Shown here: piece after piece, positions 27,132-37,121 of the stretch
Layout: every line of letters begins with the position of its first letter
Numbering within the stretch: position 1 is the first letter of the stretch
Source of the DNA: Chitinophagia bacterium
GTDB taxonomy: Bacteria > Bacteroidota > Bacteroidia > Chitinophagales > Chitinophagaceae
Length of the DNA: 64,000 bases
Direction of reading: 5' to 3'
Assembly: GCA_009920495.1 (NCBI GenBank)
Contig: RFZW01000001.1
Span: forward strand, 4,191-68,190
Translations under genes and position numbers: made by a program
Notes under the pieces: generated by a model
Databases searched by the model: none
The model's input: the letters and a program-made list of their open reading frames with translations, nothing else
What the model was told of the DNA's origin: nothing

Positions 27132-28757
27132 ATGACATTTCAAGAAAAATTGGATCATTTAATAATAGAAAAGAACACAATACCAGAGACATTTGTATTA
27201 CCAGCACTAATTGATCAAAAGACATACCTGTCTGACGGAGAATTAATTACATGGGATGGTCCAACCCATGAAGTTTTTTCACCGATTTGTATGCAAACTC
27301 CCAATGGAATAGAACGAATCAAAATTGGTTCATATCCCATTTGTACAGAGAAAGAAGCAAAAATAGCTTTAGATGCTGCATGTAAAGCCTATAATGATGG
27401 GAGGGGGGAGTGGCCAACCATGTCCGTTTCGGAACGTATAAAATGTGTTGAAAATTTTATTACTAAAATGCTTGAACAAAAAGCAATCGTTGTAAAATTA
27501 TTAATGTGGGAAATTGGTAAAACCTATGGAGACTCGGAAAAAGAATTTGATAGAACTGTTGAATATATTTACGCGACCATTGAAGCGCTAAAGGATATTG
27601 ACAGGGATTCGTCAAGATTTACAATAGAACAAGGTATCGTGGCTCAAATCAGAAGATCACCATTAGGAGTTGTTTTATGTATGGGGCCGTTCAATTATCC
27701 TTTGAATGAAACATTTACCACCCTGATACCTGCAATTATCATGGGGAATACCTTATTATTTAAAGCGCCTAAACATGGAACATTATTACATTATCCAATG
27801 CTTGAAGCTTTTAAATCCTGCTTTCCTAAAGGGGTCGTGAATACTATCTATGGACGTGGAAATGTGATTATTCCTGCATTAATGGAATCTGGAAAAATAA
27901 ATGTACTAACACTAATCGGTTCCAGTAAGGTGGCAAATCAATTAAAAAAATTACATCCTAAAGTAAATCGGTTAAGGGCCATATTAGGATTAGATGCAAA
28001 AAATGCAGCCATTGTTTCCAAAGATGCTGATATTCATTTAGCCGTTAAAGAAACGGTATTGGGATCACTTTCATTCAATGGACAAAGGTGTACGGCACTT
28101 AAAACAATTTTTGTGCATCAATCAATTGCCAATGAATTTATTGAATTGTTAAAAGAGCAGGTTGCAAAATTACAATTTGGATTGCCTTGGGAAAAAGGTG
28201 TCACTTTAACACCACTTCCAGAGCCGGGAAAGCCAGCCTATTTAAATGATTTAATTGAGGATGCAAAATTACATGGAGCAGCAGTAATGAATGAAAATGG
28301 TGGGACCATTAAGGAAACATTCTTTTATCCAGCTATTTTATTTCCGGTCAATAAAAAAATGAAAATATATAGTGAAGAGCAGTTTGGTCCAATCATTCCA
28401 ATTATCCCATTCGATGATATTGAAGAACCTATTCAATATATTATTGAATCAACACATGGCCAACAAGTTAGTTTGTTCTCACAAAATAAAGCAGAATTGG
28501 CAAGTTTGATTGATCCTTTAGTGAATCAAGTGAGTCGCGTAAATATCAATTGTCAGTGTCAAAGAGGACCTGATAGTTTTCCTTTTACGGGTCGAAAGGA
28601 CAGTGCAGAGGGTACTTTATCTGTGGTAGATGCTTTACGTTCATTTTCAATTAGGTCATTGGTCGCGGCTAAGCTAACAGAAGAAAATAAAGAAATCATT
28701 AACGATATTGTAGCTTCAGACGACTCTAATTTTTTGAGTACGAAGTTTATATTTTAA
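27132..28757 (+). CDS. gapN: NADP-dependent non-phosphorylating glyceraldehyde-3-phosphate dehydrogenase (ALDH family)
   Basis: GPFNYPLNE, SFNGQRCTA, EEQFGP, RGPDSFPFTGRKDS. Confidence 0.85.
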   Translation: MTFQEKLDHLIIEKNTIPETFVLPALIDQKTYLSDGELITWDGPTHEVFSPICMQTPNGIERIKIGSYPICTEKEAKIALDAACKAYNDGRGEWPTMSVSERIKCVENFITKMLEQKAIVVKLLMWEIGKTYGDSEKEFDRTVEYIYATIEALKDIDRDSSRFTIEQGIVAQIRRSPLGVVLCMGPFNYPLNETFTTLIPAIIMGNTLLFKAPKHGTLLHYPMLEAFKSCFPKGVVNTIYGRGNVIIPALMESGKINVLTLIGSSKVANQLKKLHPKVNRLRAILGLDAKNAAIVSKDADIHLAVKETVLGSLSFNGQRCTALKTIFVHQSIANEFIELLKEQVAKLQFGLPWEKGVTLTPLPEPGKPAYLNDLIEDAKLHGAAVMNENGGTIKETFFYPAILFPVNKKMKIYSEEQFGPIIPIIPFDDIEEPIQYIIESTHGQQVSLFSQNKAELASLIDPLVNQVSRVNINCQCQRGPDSFPFTGRKDSAEGTLSVVDALRSFSIRSLVAAKLTEENKEIINDIVASDDSNFLSTKFIF

Positions 28758-28771
28758 ATCTTAGTCAACCA

Positions 28772-29401
28772 ATGCATCCAATTCATAACGCCTTAAATGT
28801 GTTCAATGAACCATTAATCTTATGTGGGACAGACCCAATGACGGGTGTATACAGAGATGGTAGTTGTAATACAGGTACAAACGATAGGGGAACACATACC
28901 GTTTGTGCGGTAGTGACTAATGAATTTTTACAATTTTCAAAGAGTAAAGGCAATGATTTAACAAAGGATTACCCGCCAACTAACTTTAAAGGGCTAGTGG
29001 AGGGAGACAAATGGTGTCTTTGCGTTTCTAGATGGCTAGAAGCCTATCAAGCCAATGTGGCGCCTCCTATCATTTTGAAGGCGACGCATATTAAAACCTT
29101 AGAATACATTTCCTTAGAAGCGTTGATCAAGTTTGAATATATTCCTATGACATCTACTGATTGGACTGAATTAAATAATAAATTAGAAAAGACTTTTAAG
29201 TTTAATAACTACAATGAGGTGGTCATATTCTCTAATAAAGTAATGCAAATTGCCATTAATCAAGATCATCATCCAGAAATCAATGTCCATTATAATTTTG
29301 TAAAAGTGCGTATCACTGATTTTGAGAAAGGGGCAGTTTCAGAAAAATGTCACCGATTTATTAGTGCTGTCAATGAAATAATGCCTTCTCAGGTTTCCTA
29401 A
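28772..29401 (+). CDS. DUF2237 domain fused to pterin-4-alpha-carbinolamine dehydratase
   Basis: N-half CGTDPMTGVYRDGSC, HTVCA, WCLCVSRW; C-half LEKTFKFNNY...DHHPEI. Confidence 0.8.
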   Translation: MHPIHNALNVFNEPLILCGTDPMTGVYRDGSCNTGTNDRGTHTVCAVVTNEFLQFSKSKGNDLTKDYPPTNFKGLVEGDKWCLCVSRWLEAYQANVAPPIILKATHIKTLEYISLEALIKFEYIPMTSTDWTELNNKLEKTFKFNNYNEVVIFSNKVMQIAINQDHHPEINVHYNFVKVRITDFEKGAVSEKCHRFISAVNEIMPSQVS

Positions 29402-29439
29402 TAGATGAACTTTTAAATTAAATCCTTTTAGTATTTGTT

Positions 29440-30102
29440 TTAATTTTTAATGCACCTAATACTGCCTCCGTAAACTCTATTGTGCGTTAATACGAATGCG
29501 CCCGCGTTGCTAAAGTTGAAGTATCGAGATCCATCACCACTTACTGTACTGCTCCAGTAGCTACCACTAATGCCGGTATTGTTGATTATTATTTCACGAC
29601 TTCCTGCTACTGTAAGTTTTAGCGGAGAAGCATATGCGCCATCGGAATTTTTCAATGTCCAACTTGCCAATTCTGCATTCCACTCCGCTTCTGTTGGTAA
29701 TCGAAAACCAGTAGGACATGGATTATTAATACCATTTACGCCCTGCCATAAATTTATATTTTGAGGGTTTCTCCAATCAGTGAGAGGCGTAGCAGGCATA
29801 ATAAAATTTGCGTTACCTGGATTATCAGTAGTTGCCTGTGTTGCGATTGTGGTTGATTTTCTTAATTGATGTTGATCTGCTGCTCGTCCCCATTGGTATA
29901 AATCACCATAGGCGCTTGTATCGGTACTACTTGTTGCAACCCTTGATGCGCCAAGGTTTTGATCCATCCAAACTTTACCATTGGCACTTGTAACGGTGGA
30001 CGGTACAACATTTGGTGTTGGGGTGATTGGTGTATTTTCATTTTGTCGTTTATCACAACCAAAAAATAAGAAAATGGAACAAATGGTTATAAAATTTTTC
30101 AT
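29440..30102 (-). CDS. FISUMP (Fibrobacter major paralogous domain) lipoprotein
   Basis: WMDQNLGA, GDLYQWGR, CPTGFRLPT, YWSS, SIRCIK. Confidence 0.85.
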   Translation of the reverse strand: MKNFITICSIFLFFGCDKRQNENTPITPTPNVVPSTVTSANGKVWMDQNLGASRVATSSTDTSAYGDLYQWGRAADQHQLRKSTTIATQATTDNPGNANFIMPATPLTDWRNPQNINLWQGVNGINNPCPTGFRLPTEAEWNAELASWTLKNSDGAYASPLKLTVAGSREIIINNTGISGSYWSSTVSGDGSRYFNFSNAGAFVLTHNRVYGGSIRCIKN

Positions 30103-30179
30103 GCAATTTGTATATTATACTTTAAGATAAATATAATTATATTTTCTTTTTTATAGATAAATTTTATCTACATTTAGGG

Positions 30180-30566
30180 ATGCGAATCAAAATCATTAAA
30201 CAAATACTCTTCTACTTTTTGATTGTCTTTTATCTTTTTGCAGGATATAATCACTTTGCCACGCCTTCTTTTTATTTTCCTATAATACCACCTTATTTGT
30301 CCACTTGGGCCAAAGAGATCAATATATTATCAGGGATAGCTGAAATAGTATTAGCCCTACTATTAATACCTAAAGCTACACGCTCGTTAGCTGTAAAGTG
30401 TATTATTATCATGTTGATTGCGTTTATCCCAGCTCATATATATTTTATTCAAAAAGGCACTTTTACGCTTGGGTCAATTACCATTACACCTTTAATATCC
30501 TACTTTCGTTTATTGGTGGGACAACCTATATTAATTTTGTGGGTATGGTGGTCGAGTAAATTTTAA
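30180..30566 (+). CDS. DoxX-like membrane protein
   Basis: AGYNHF, IIPPYL, SGIAEI motifs. Confidence 0.75.
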   Translation: MRIKIIKQILFYFLIVFYLFAGYNHFATPSFYFPIIPPYLSTWAKEINILSGIAEIVLALLLIPKATRSLAVKCIIIMLIAFIPAHIYFIQKGTFTLGSITITPLISYFRLLVGQPILILWVWWSSKF

Positions 30567-30627
30567 GAATTGTTACGTTAAAATAAATATTATTTCCTAA
30601 CAGCAGTTCTAGAGAATAACTATTTTA

Positions 30628-31509
30628 TTATTCTACCGACTTATTTGTTGTATTTCTTAAGCTATATAAATAGAAAGATACTATTGAGAATAAAAAGCCA
30701 ATCAAAATTATAATATAATTCATTGGTTTTTCAATTGTCAATGACATTCTGATTAAAATAGTAGTAATAATAAAGCTGGCGTTTCTGAAAATAGTGAAAA
30801 ACGAAAAGTGGTAAATAAATGAAATTATAAGTAATAACACATCAACAAAAATCATGATTGAAAAGAAATCTGTATAAAATACAGTATTCGGATCGGGGTA
30901 ATTTTGTTTTAATTCTAAAGCCCCCAACATCTCTTTTCCCCAGACAAAAAAACTACTAATACTTAAAAGAAATAAAATCAGTATCATGCTTAATGATACT
31001 AGCTTTTTAATATTAATAAAATTATTAAGTTCGTTAACAATTTCTGATTTGCGATTATTTTGATATATTTTATAATACAGTATAGTGAGGCTCAGCATAA
31101 TCAATGAAGCTATTAAGTCATATAATAAGCTAATGAACTCTGGGTTATTAATATTAATTAAATTTTTTAAATCTAAATCTGCGATATCGTGAAAAAAACT
31201 TCTTAAAGTAATTAAGGTAATTACTTCAAATTGCTTTCCTATAAATTCAGATATAGATTTTGGAATTATGATGACTAGCAGAAATACCTCGTAAAATAAG
31301 ATAAAACTAAATGGGGTATATATAGCCTTTAAATAGCTGTGCTGTAAATTTTTGAAATAGATAAAATTATTTCCTAGAAAAATAATAATTAAGTGAAAAA
31401 GAAAAGCAAAAACAGCGACACGTAATATTAATAATTCTACGCTTCTTACACTCTTAGCATTAAAATGTTTATCAAAATAATCTCCTGAAAATTGTAATAA
31501 ACTATTCAT
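30628..31509 (-). CDS. Hypothetical polytopic membrane protein
   Basis: About 8 TM segments; AIYTPFSFILFYEV, GKQFEVI. Confidence 0.7.
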   Translation of the reverse strand: MNSLLQFSGDYFDKHFNAKSVRSVELLILRVAVFAFLFHLIIIFLGNNFIYFKNLQHSYLKAIYTPFSFILFYEVFLLVIIIPKSISEFIGKQFEVITLITLRSFFHDIADLDLKNLININNPEFISLLYDLIASLIMLSLTILYYKIYQNNRKSEIVNELNNFINIKKLVSLSMILILFLLSISSFFVWGKEMLGALELKQNYPDPNTVFYTDFFSIMIFVDVLLLIISFIYHFSFFTIFRNASFIITTILIRMSLTIEKPMNYIIILIGFLFSIVSFYLYSLRNTTNKSVE

Positions 31510-31525
31510 AATGCATTGTTAGCTT

Positions 31526-31621
31526 TTACTTTTCACCTCTAAATTTATTCAGCGCTAGAATAAATGCCACACCAAATAAGATGGTGATCAGTGCCGCGAA
31601 ATAGGGTATAATTTCTATCAT
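31526..31621 (-). CDS. 31-aa single-TM small protein
   Basis: Hand translation MIEIIPYFAALITILFGVAFILALNKFRGEK; ATGA overlap with the upstream stop. Confidence 0.55.
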   Translation of the reverse strand: MIEIIPYFAALITILFGVAFILALNKFRGEK

Positions 31622-31797
31622 TTTTGGTTATTTATTAATTTTAATAATACAGCAAACCCTAAAATAGAGGGTACCCATAAACCAATAAATATTCCCGCTT
31701 CCTTTTCACCTTTAAACCATAAATATTCAGAAAATATTAAGGATAGGAATGCTGATACAAGCATAAGCGTATCTGATAATGTAAACTTTTTAAACAT
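31618..31797 (-). CDS. 59-aa two-TM small protein
   Basis: Hand translation MFKKFTLSDTLMLVSAFLSLIFSEYLWFKGEKEAGIFIGLWVPSILGFAVLLKLINNQK. Confidence 0.7.
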   Translation of the reverse strand: MFKKFTLSDTLMLVSAFLSLIFSEYLWFKGEKEAGIFIGLWVPSILGFAVLLKLINNQK

Positions 31798-31991
31798 ACT
31801 TTTTATTTGTTGTAATGTAGAATTAATAATTCGTATTCATTAACAATTTAATTTGTTTATAAAGACGCACTAGAAATTATTTTTAATTAATCGGCTATTT
31901 GCAAATATTTAACAACTATGTTTAATATGATTGGTAAAATTTAGCCTATCAGTTCAACATTAAATTATTTCACTTGAATCTAAATTTTGAT

Positions 31992-32021
31992 AAAAAAGGG
32001 CCCTTATCACTAAGGGCCCTT
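31992..32021 (-). terminator. Rho-independent terminator of the fasciclin gene
   Basis: AAGGGCCCTTA-TCAC-TAAGGGCCCTT with an A-tract on the left. Confidence 0.8.
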
Positions 32022-32043
32022 AAAATAATTAGGTTTTCAAAAA

Positions 32044-32547
32044 CTATTTTGGCAATACAACAGCATCTATAACGTGTATTACACCGTTTCCTGCTTTTAA
32101 ATCAGTTGCAGTAACAGTTGCAATTCCACCTTTTTCATCTGTTAAAATAACCTTACCATCTTTGATAGAAGCAGTCAATGTTCCGCCACTTACAGTTTTC
32201 AAAGTAACTTTGCCTTTACCGTCTTTTATAGCCTTTAAAACAGCAGCTGCATCTAAATTACCAGCTACAACGTGGTATGTCAAGATCTTAGCTAAAGTAG
32301 CTTTGTTCTCTGGTTGTAATAAGGTTTCTACAGTTCCTGCAGGCAATTTTGCAAATGCAGCGTTTGTAGGTGCAAAAACCGTGAAAGGTCCTGCGCTTTG
32401 TAAAGTACTTACTAAATCAGCTGCTTTTACAGCTGCTACTAATGTGGTGTGCGCACTTGATCCAACAGCAACGTCAACAACTGTTTTTTGAGCTGATGCT
32501 GAGATAACACCTCCGATTAACATCGTCAATAAGAATTTCATTTTCAT
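32044..32547 (-). CDS. Fasciclin (FAS1) domain protein
   Basis: GPFTVFAPTNAAF, ILTYHVV, NGVIHVIDAVVLP. Confidence 0.95.
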   Translation of the reverse strand: MKMKFLLTMLIGGVISASAQKTVVDVAVGSSAHTTLVAAVKAADLVSTLQSAGPFTVFAPTNAAFAKLPAGTVETLLQPENKATLAKILTYHVVAGNLDAAAVLKAIKDGKGKVTLKTVSGGTLTASIKDGKVILTDEKGGIATVTATDLKAGNGVIHVIDAVVLPK

Positions 32548-32829
32548 AATTTAATATTTTGTTTATTTATTTACTTAACATCATAAGGGTAAAAAAAGTT
32601 TTTACAAATGTTGTATTTACAATTAATTAACAGCTTTGTTAATGAGAATACATAAAAACATAAGTTAAGGCTCTACATTATATATTGAAAGAGGATCGGC
32701 AAAAACTTACAATAAAATATTTGTGAAATTAGTTTAATTTTATTTTTAGGATTCGATACACAGTTTTTTAGGATTTAAAGCGCGCTTTCAACAAGTTTGT
32801 AAAAACATAATACTTTTAATAGGACTAGC

Positions 32830-33099
32830 ATGGAAAGAATAGATATTGATAGGGTGATAGAAATGGCTTGGGAAGATCGAACGCCTTTTGAGGCAATTGA
32901 AATTCAGTTTGGTTTATCTGAATCCGAAACTATTAAATTGATGCGATCTGAACTAAAACGAAATAGTTTTAATCTTTGGCGAAAGAGAGTAAATAGCGGA
33001 GTGAGTCAGAAGCATTTAATGAAAAGAAGCGCCGATATGAAGAGATTTAAATGCTCCATGCAAAAAACGATCTCAATGAATAAAATTAGTAAGCGGTAA
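32830..33099 (+). CDS. TIGR03643/DUF2805 family protein
   Basis: IEMAWEDRTPFEAI, SFNLWRKRV. Confidence 0.9.
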   Translation: MERIDIDRVIEMAWEDRTPFEAIEIQFGLSESETIKLMRSELKRNSFNLWRKRVNSGVSQKHLMKRSADMKRFKCSMQKTISMNKISKR

Positions 33100-33101
33100 G
33101 C

Positions 33102-33272
33102 TTAATTTATTTTAGGTGTAAACTTCTGCTTTTTACAAGCATCACTACAATACAATACCTGCTCCCAATCACTTGCCCATTTTTTGCGCCAGGTAAAAGG
33201 ACGCTTACAATGAAGGCATAGCTTAGTAGGGAGGTCACCTTTTTTTACTATTTTATTTTTGCTATTTTTCAT
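33102..33272 (-). CDS. DUF2256 domain protein (56 aa, missed by the ORF track)
   Basis: Hand translation ...LPTKLCLHCKRPFTWRKKWASDWEQVLYCSDAC... Confidence 0.9.
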   Translation of the reverse strand: MKNSKNKIVKKGDLPTKLCLHCKRPFTWRKKWASDWEQVLYCSDACKKQKFTPKIN

Positions 33273-33922
33273 TAATACCTATGGGGGTGCATTTGTCTAA
33301 AAGTTAAATTAATTCTAGATTCCGTAATTTTCTTTGACTTAGGTAGAGAATGCCACCAGTTTGCCTGAATGGTGCCTTTCATTTCTAGTAGGGATCCATT
33401 TTCAAGTTGAATTGATATTGTTTCTTTAGTTACTTTATGTTTAAATGAGAATTTTCTTGAAGCGCCAATACTTAAAGAAGCAATAGAGCTATTGGTCACA
33501 ATCTCTTTTTCATTGTCACAATGCCATCCCATTGCTTCTTCGCCGTTATGATACAAATTTAATAAACAGGCATTATATTTTTCATTCGTAATTGACTCAA
33601 CCATATTTTTTAGTATAATAAGTGTTTCTTTCCAAGGTAAACCAATTTTAGTTCTACTAGAATAGGTATAAGCAATGGAAGGATCACTATAAAATGCAAC
33701 TTTTCTTTTAGTAATAATTTCTTTTCCAAACATGACCACTCTTTCATTTTCCCAACTTATATGATAAAGTAGTTCATCAAATAGTTGCTTTATTTTATTT
33801 TCGGGAATTGCTTTCTCATAGTATAGTGCAATTCCATCCTGATGTAAGAGATTTGTCATATTCGTATTCATCAAATTGAAGTTACTTTTTTCGGTTTTAA
33901 CATTTCCTTTCACAAATATCAA
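33272..33922 (-). CDS. AlkB family 2OG-Fe(II) dioxygenase
   Basis: NACLLNLYHNG, WHCDNE (HxD), WWHSLPK, RINLTFR; the true start is probably a downstream Met. Confidence 0.9.
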   Translation of the reverse strand: MIFVKGNVKTEKSNFNLMNTNMTNLLHQDGIALYYEKAIPENKIKQLFDELLYHISWENERVVMFGKEIITKRKVAFYSDPSIAYTYSSRTKIGLPWKETLIILKNMVESITNEKYNACLLNLYHNGEEAMGWHCDNEKEIVTNSSIASLSIGASRKFSFKHKVTKETISIQLENGSLLEMKGTIQANWWHSLPKSKKITESRINLTFRQMHPHRY

Positions 33923-33958
33923 AACAATAAATCATTTTGCGATGCGTTTCAATAAGAA

Positions 33959-34348
33959 TTAAAGTAAAAACCTTTCTAAGTGATCTTTGGAAGGAATAGA
34001 ACAGCTATCCCTGCGACCCATTAATGTGTATCTATTTTTTGCTATTATATTGTAAAGCCCATCTCTTATAAAAGTTGGGAAAAGCCTGCCATATTTGAAA
34101 AGTTGAGGCCATCCAGTTATTTGTTTTGCAATTTCAATGACTGCATTTGATTTGGAAAATACAATACCCTCTTTTATAAAAAAAACTGATTTTTCTTCAT
34201 CCAAAATATTATATTGGTGCATTAATTTCTTTCCTGATTCAGTTTGTGTTGCAGCAAAATGTAAATTATGATTCGTATCGTATTTTATTAGAAACAAAAT
34301 TGTCGAGTTACATAAATTACATATCCCATCAAATAATACAATATTCAT
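33959..34348 (-). CDS. DCC family thiol-disulfide oxidoreductase (DUF393)
   Basis: FDGICNLC, YNIIAKNRY. Confidence 0.9.
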   Translation of the reverse strand: MNIVLFDGICNLCNSTILFLIKYDTNHNLHFAATQTESGKKLMHQYNILDEEKSVFFIKEGIVFSKSNAVIEIAKQITGWPQLFKYGRLFPTFIRDGLYNIIAKNRYTLMGRRDSCSIPSKDHLERFLL

Positions 34349-34367
34349 TTAGTATAAAAGTAAGAAT

Positions 34368-35105
34368 TTAATGAATCCTATTTAATTTAATGATACCCAT
34401 AAAATTAAAAACACGCATTACTTGATAGGTGAGATCAAACTCAAACCATTTTTTTGCAAAATTGGCATCATTTTTTGCATGATGATGATTATTTTGAAAT
34501 AGCTCCCCAAGTAAAAATAAACCCCAAGGACCTGAATTTTTACTTTGATCTGTACTTTCAAAATTTCGATAACCATACTTATGACCACACCAATTTACTA
34601 TTGCTCCTTGAATCGGGCCCATTAAAAAATGTATTGGTAATAATAGGAACCACCACAAACTAGGTGCAAAAAAATAATAAATCAGTACATAGCCAAGAAC
34701 GAAAGAAATCCTGGTTAATATGTGATGGCCAAATTTGTCTAGTTTTTCCCAAATAGGCAAATAGTCCTTTGTAAATTCTTTTTCAGGGGTATCCTCTTTT
34801 GATAAGAATGACCTATATATTAGGACTGTACTTTTCATCATTTCATAAATATCCTTAAAAAAATGGGGTGAGTGGGGATCTTTTTCTGTATCACTATACG
34901 CATGATGCATTCTATGCATAACACCATATGCTCTTGGGACTAAATAGGAGGAACCTTGAAAAAACCAAGTACTAATATAGAATACGCGTTCCCAATTCTT
35001 GCTCGTTTCATACATTTTATGGGAAGCAAATCTGTGTAGAAAAAAAGTATGAAAAAACAGCGACATAAACCAATGAATCAAGAAAAAAAGAACAATAAAT
35101 ATCAT
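34368..35105 (-). CDS. Acyl-CoA/fatty acid desaturase
   Basis: His boxes HRFASH, HRMHH, QNNHH. Confidence 0.9.
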   Translation of the reverse strand: MIFIVLFFLIHWFMSLFFHTFFLHRFASHKMYETSKNWERVFYISTWFFQGSSYLVPRAYGVMHRMHHAYSDTEKDPHSPHFFKDIYEMMKSTVLIYRSFLSKEDTPEKEFTKDYLPIWEKLDKFGHHILTRISFVLGYVLIYYFFAPSLWWFLLLPIHFLMGPIQGAIVNWCGHKYGYRNFESTDQSKNSGPWGLFLLGELFQNNHHHAKNDANFAKKWFEFDLTYQVMRVFNFMGIIKLNRIH

Positions 35106-35425
35106 ATTTGAATTAATTTATCGGCTAAGTTATTCATATTAATAGGATATGAAAGCTTTTATATGCGTTATTACATGATTGGTAGCGTTATATTTTGTTT
35201 ATTATTTTTATAGTTATTTAATATTTCATTTAACAAAATTGAATTTTGTATTAATTTTTAATTTTTTTTAACATTTTATTTATCCTAAATATTAAATAAA
35301 TTTTAAATTGTGTTTACAACGATTGAATTGCTATTGCTTTGTTTTATGTGTATTCGTATACATAAAAACAGCCTTAATGAATTGTGGAGTGTTGTGAATT
35401 AATATGTTCACCAAAACTCAAACAT

Positions 35426-36148
35426 ATGGATTTATTTCTTCTCGATGCCACGGTGCAAATTGCAAAGACTGATTATGTGTCTTTCACTTTCTTCGTTGGT
35501 ACAATGGCTATGATGGCCGCGGCTGTATTTTTCTTTTTTGAATTGAACAACACTAGCAAAGAGTGGAGAACTTCGGTACTTGTATCAGGTTTAATCACAT
35601 TTATTGCTGCTGTTCACTATTACTACATGCGTGGATATTATGCAGAAACGCATGATAGTCCAACTTTTTTCCGTTATGTAGACTGGTTATTAACTGTGCC
35701 TTTAATGTGTGTTGAATTTTATTTAATCACTAAAAAAGCAGGTGGTACAACAAGTTTATTATGGAAAATGATTTTAGCTTCTGTTGTAATGTTAGTTACA
35801 GGTTATTGGGGAGAAGCAGTTGCTCCAGCACAAGCAACATTATGGGGAACTATAAGTGCTATTGCTTACTTCTACATTGTATATGAAGTATGGTTAGGAG
35901 ATGTTAAGAAATTAGCAACTTCCGCTGGTTCAGCAGTAGCATCTGCAAATAAAGCACTTGGTTGGTTTATTTTAGTTGGATGGGCTATTTATCCTCTTGG
36001 ATATTTAATCGGTACAGCTGAAGGACAGTGGTATGCTAGCTTCGCTAATATTGGATTAAACATGGATGTTATTTACAATATTGGAGATGCAGTTAATAAA
36101 ATTGGTTTTGGTTTGGTTATTTATAGCTTAAGTAGAAAAGCTGCTTAA
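35426..36148 (+). CDS. Proteorhodopsin (DTE proton pump)
   Basis: RYVDWLLTVPLMCVEF (D-T-E, Met at the spectral-tuning site), AAVHY His, DAVNKIGFG retinal Lys; ATG 35426 preferred as start. Confidence 0.95.
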   Translation: MDLFLLDATVQIAKTDYVSFTFFVGTMAMMAAAVFFFFELNNTSKEWRTSVLVSGLITFIAAVHYYYMRGYYAETHDSPTFFRYVDWLLTVPLMCVEFYLITKKAGGTTSLLWKMILASVVMLVTGYWGEAVAPAQATLWGTISAIAYFYIVYEVWLGDVKKLATSAGSAVASANKALGWFILVGWAIYPLGYLIGTAEGQWYASFANIGLNMDVIYNIGDAVNKIGFGLVIYSLSRKAA

Positions 36149-36167
36149 TTTATTAAAATAACTTTAT

Positions 36168-36198
36168 GGGGCAAGTTGGTTACTTGCCCCTTTTTTTT
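36168..36198 (+). terminator. Rho-independent terminator between proteorhodopsin and blh
   Basis: GGGGCAAGT-TGGTT-ACTTGCCCC followed by T8. Confidence 0.85.
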
Positions 36199-36209
36199 AA
36201 TTTATACTC

Positions 36210-37121
36210 ATGCAAATTAAACTTCGGTTATACTTAATATTATTTGCATTCTTTTTATTTCTTTTAGATTGGGTTTTCGTTTTAACCAATAGTACCCAAA
36301 TTTCATTCTTAATACTTGTTTTAATTCTCTTTGGTGTTCCACATGGGGCTTTAGATTTATACATTGATCACCACTTACGCAAGTCAGAAAGCAATCAAAA
36401 AATTTTCCTATTAAAATATATAGGTAATATTATTGCCTATGCTTTAGTTTGGTATTTCTTTCCCATCGCAGCCTTGATCATTTTTATCCTAATTACTGCT
36501 TATCATTTTGGAGAAATTGACTGGATGGGTAAAACAGAAAACATTATTCACAAAATTGCCTATTCAGTTATCGGGCTTTTATGGATTTTATTTCTTCTTT
36601 CTAAGAATGTTAATTTTGCGTTAGAAGTTTTTATGAGGATGGAACGCTCTGCTTTTAATGAAAAGCAATGGATTCATCTAGCAAATAAAATTTATCCAAT
36701 TACTCTTATTGGATTATTTGCAGTGTATGCTATTTTATTCTTTTTTAAGGGATTATTCTTTTCAAAGAATAAGTATTATTACTATTTAATTACACAACAG
36801 TTGACGCTTATTGTTTTTGCCTTGTTTATGCCGCTATGGCTTTGTTTTGCCTTTTATTTTGGTTTTTGGCACTCTTTATTATCCTTTGATAAAATAAGAA
36901 TCACCTTTAATATGCCTAATAATTTCATAGGGTGGAAGGACTTACTTATCAAAGCTGCGCCCTTTTCAATCATGGCATGGTTTGGATTTGTTTATATTAC
37001 GCTCTTAACCCTAAATAGTAAAGATGCTTCTGGTATATTTACCTTGTTATTTATTAGTTTATCTGTACTAGCACTTCCTCATTTACAAATATTCACAAAG
37101 ATCAAGTTGAAAGAAGATTGA
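36210..37121 (+). CDS. blh: Beta-carotene 15,15'-dioxygenase (Brp/Blh)
   Basis: GVPHGALD, YHFGE, FWHSL, LALPH His ligands; adjacent to the rhodopsin gene. Confidence 0.93.
   Translation: MQIKLRLYLILFAFFLFLLDWVFVLTNSTQISFLILVLILFGVPHGALDLYIDHHLRKSESNQKIFLLKYIGNIIAYALVWYFFPIAALIIFILITAYHFGEIDWMGKTENIIHKIAYSVIGLLWILFLLSKNVNFALEVFMRMERSAFNEKQWIHLANKIYPITLIGLFAVYAILFFFKGLFFSKNKYYYYLITQQLTLIVFALFMPLWLCFAFYFGFWHSLLSFDKIRITFNMPNNFIGWKDLLIKAAPFSIMAWFGFVYITLLTLNSKDASGIFTLLFISLSVLALPHLQIFTKIKLKED

Noticed and set aside
22320-35420. Shared operator (TTGT..ACAA / AAACAA-like) upstream of the light-related genes
   Set aside because: The intergenic DNA is very AT-rich and I could not define a consistent spaced motif by eye. 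It needs motif discovery.
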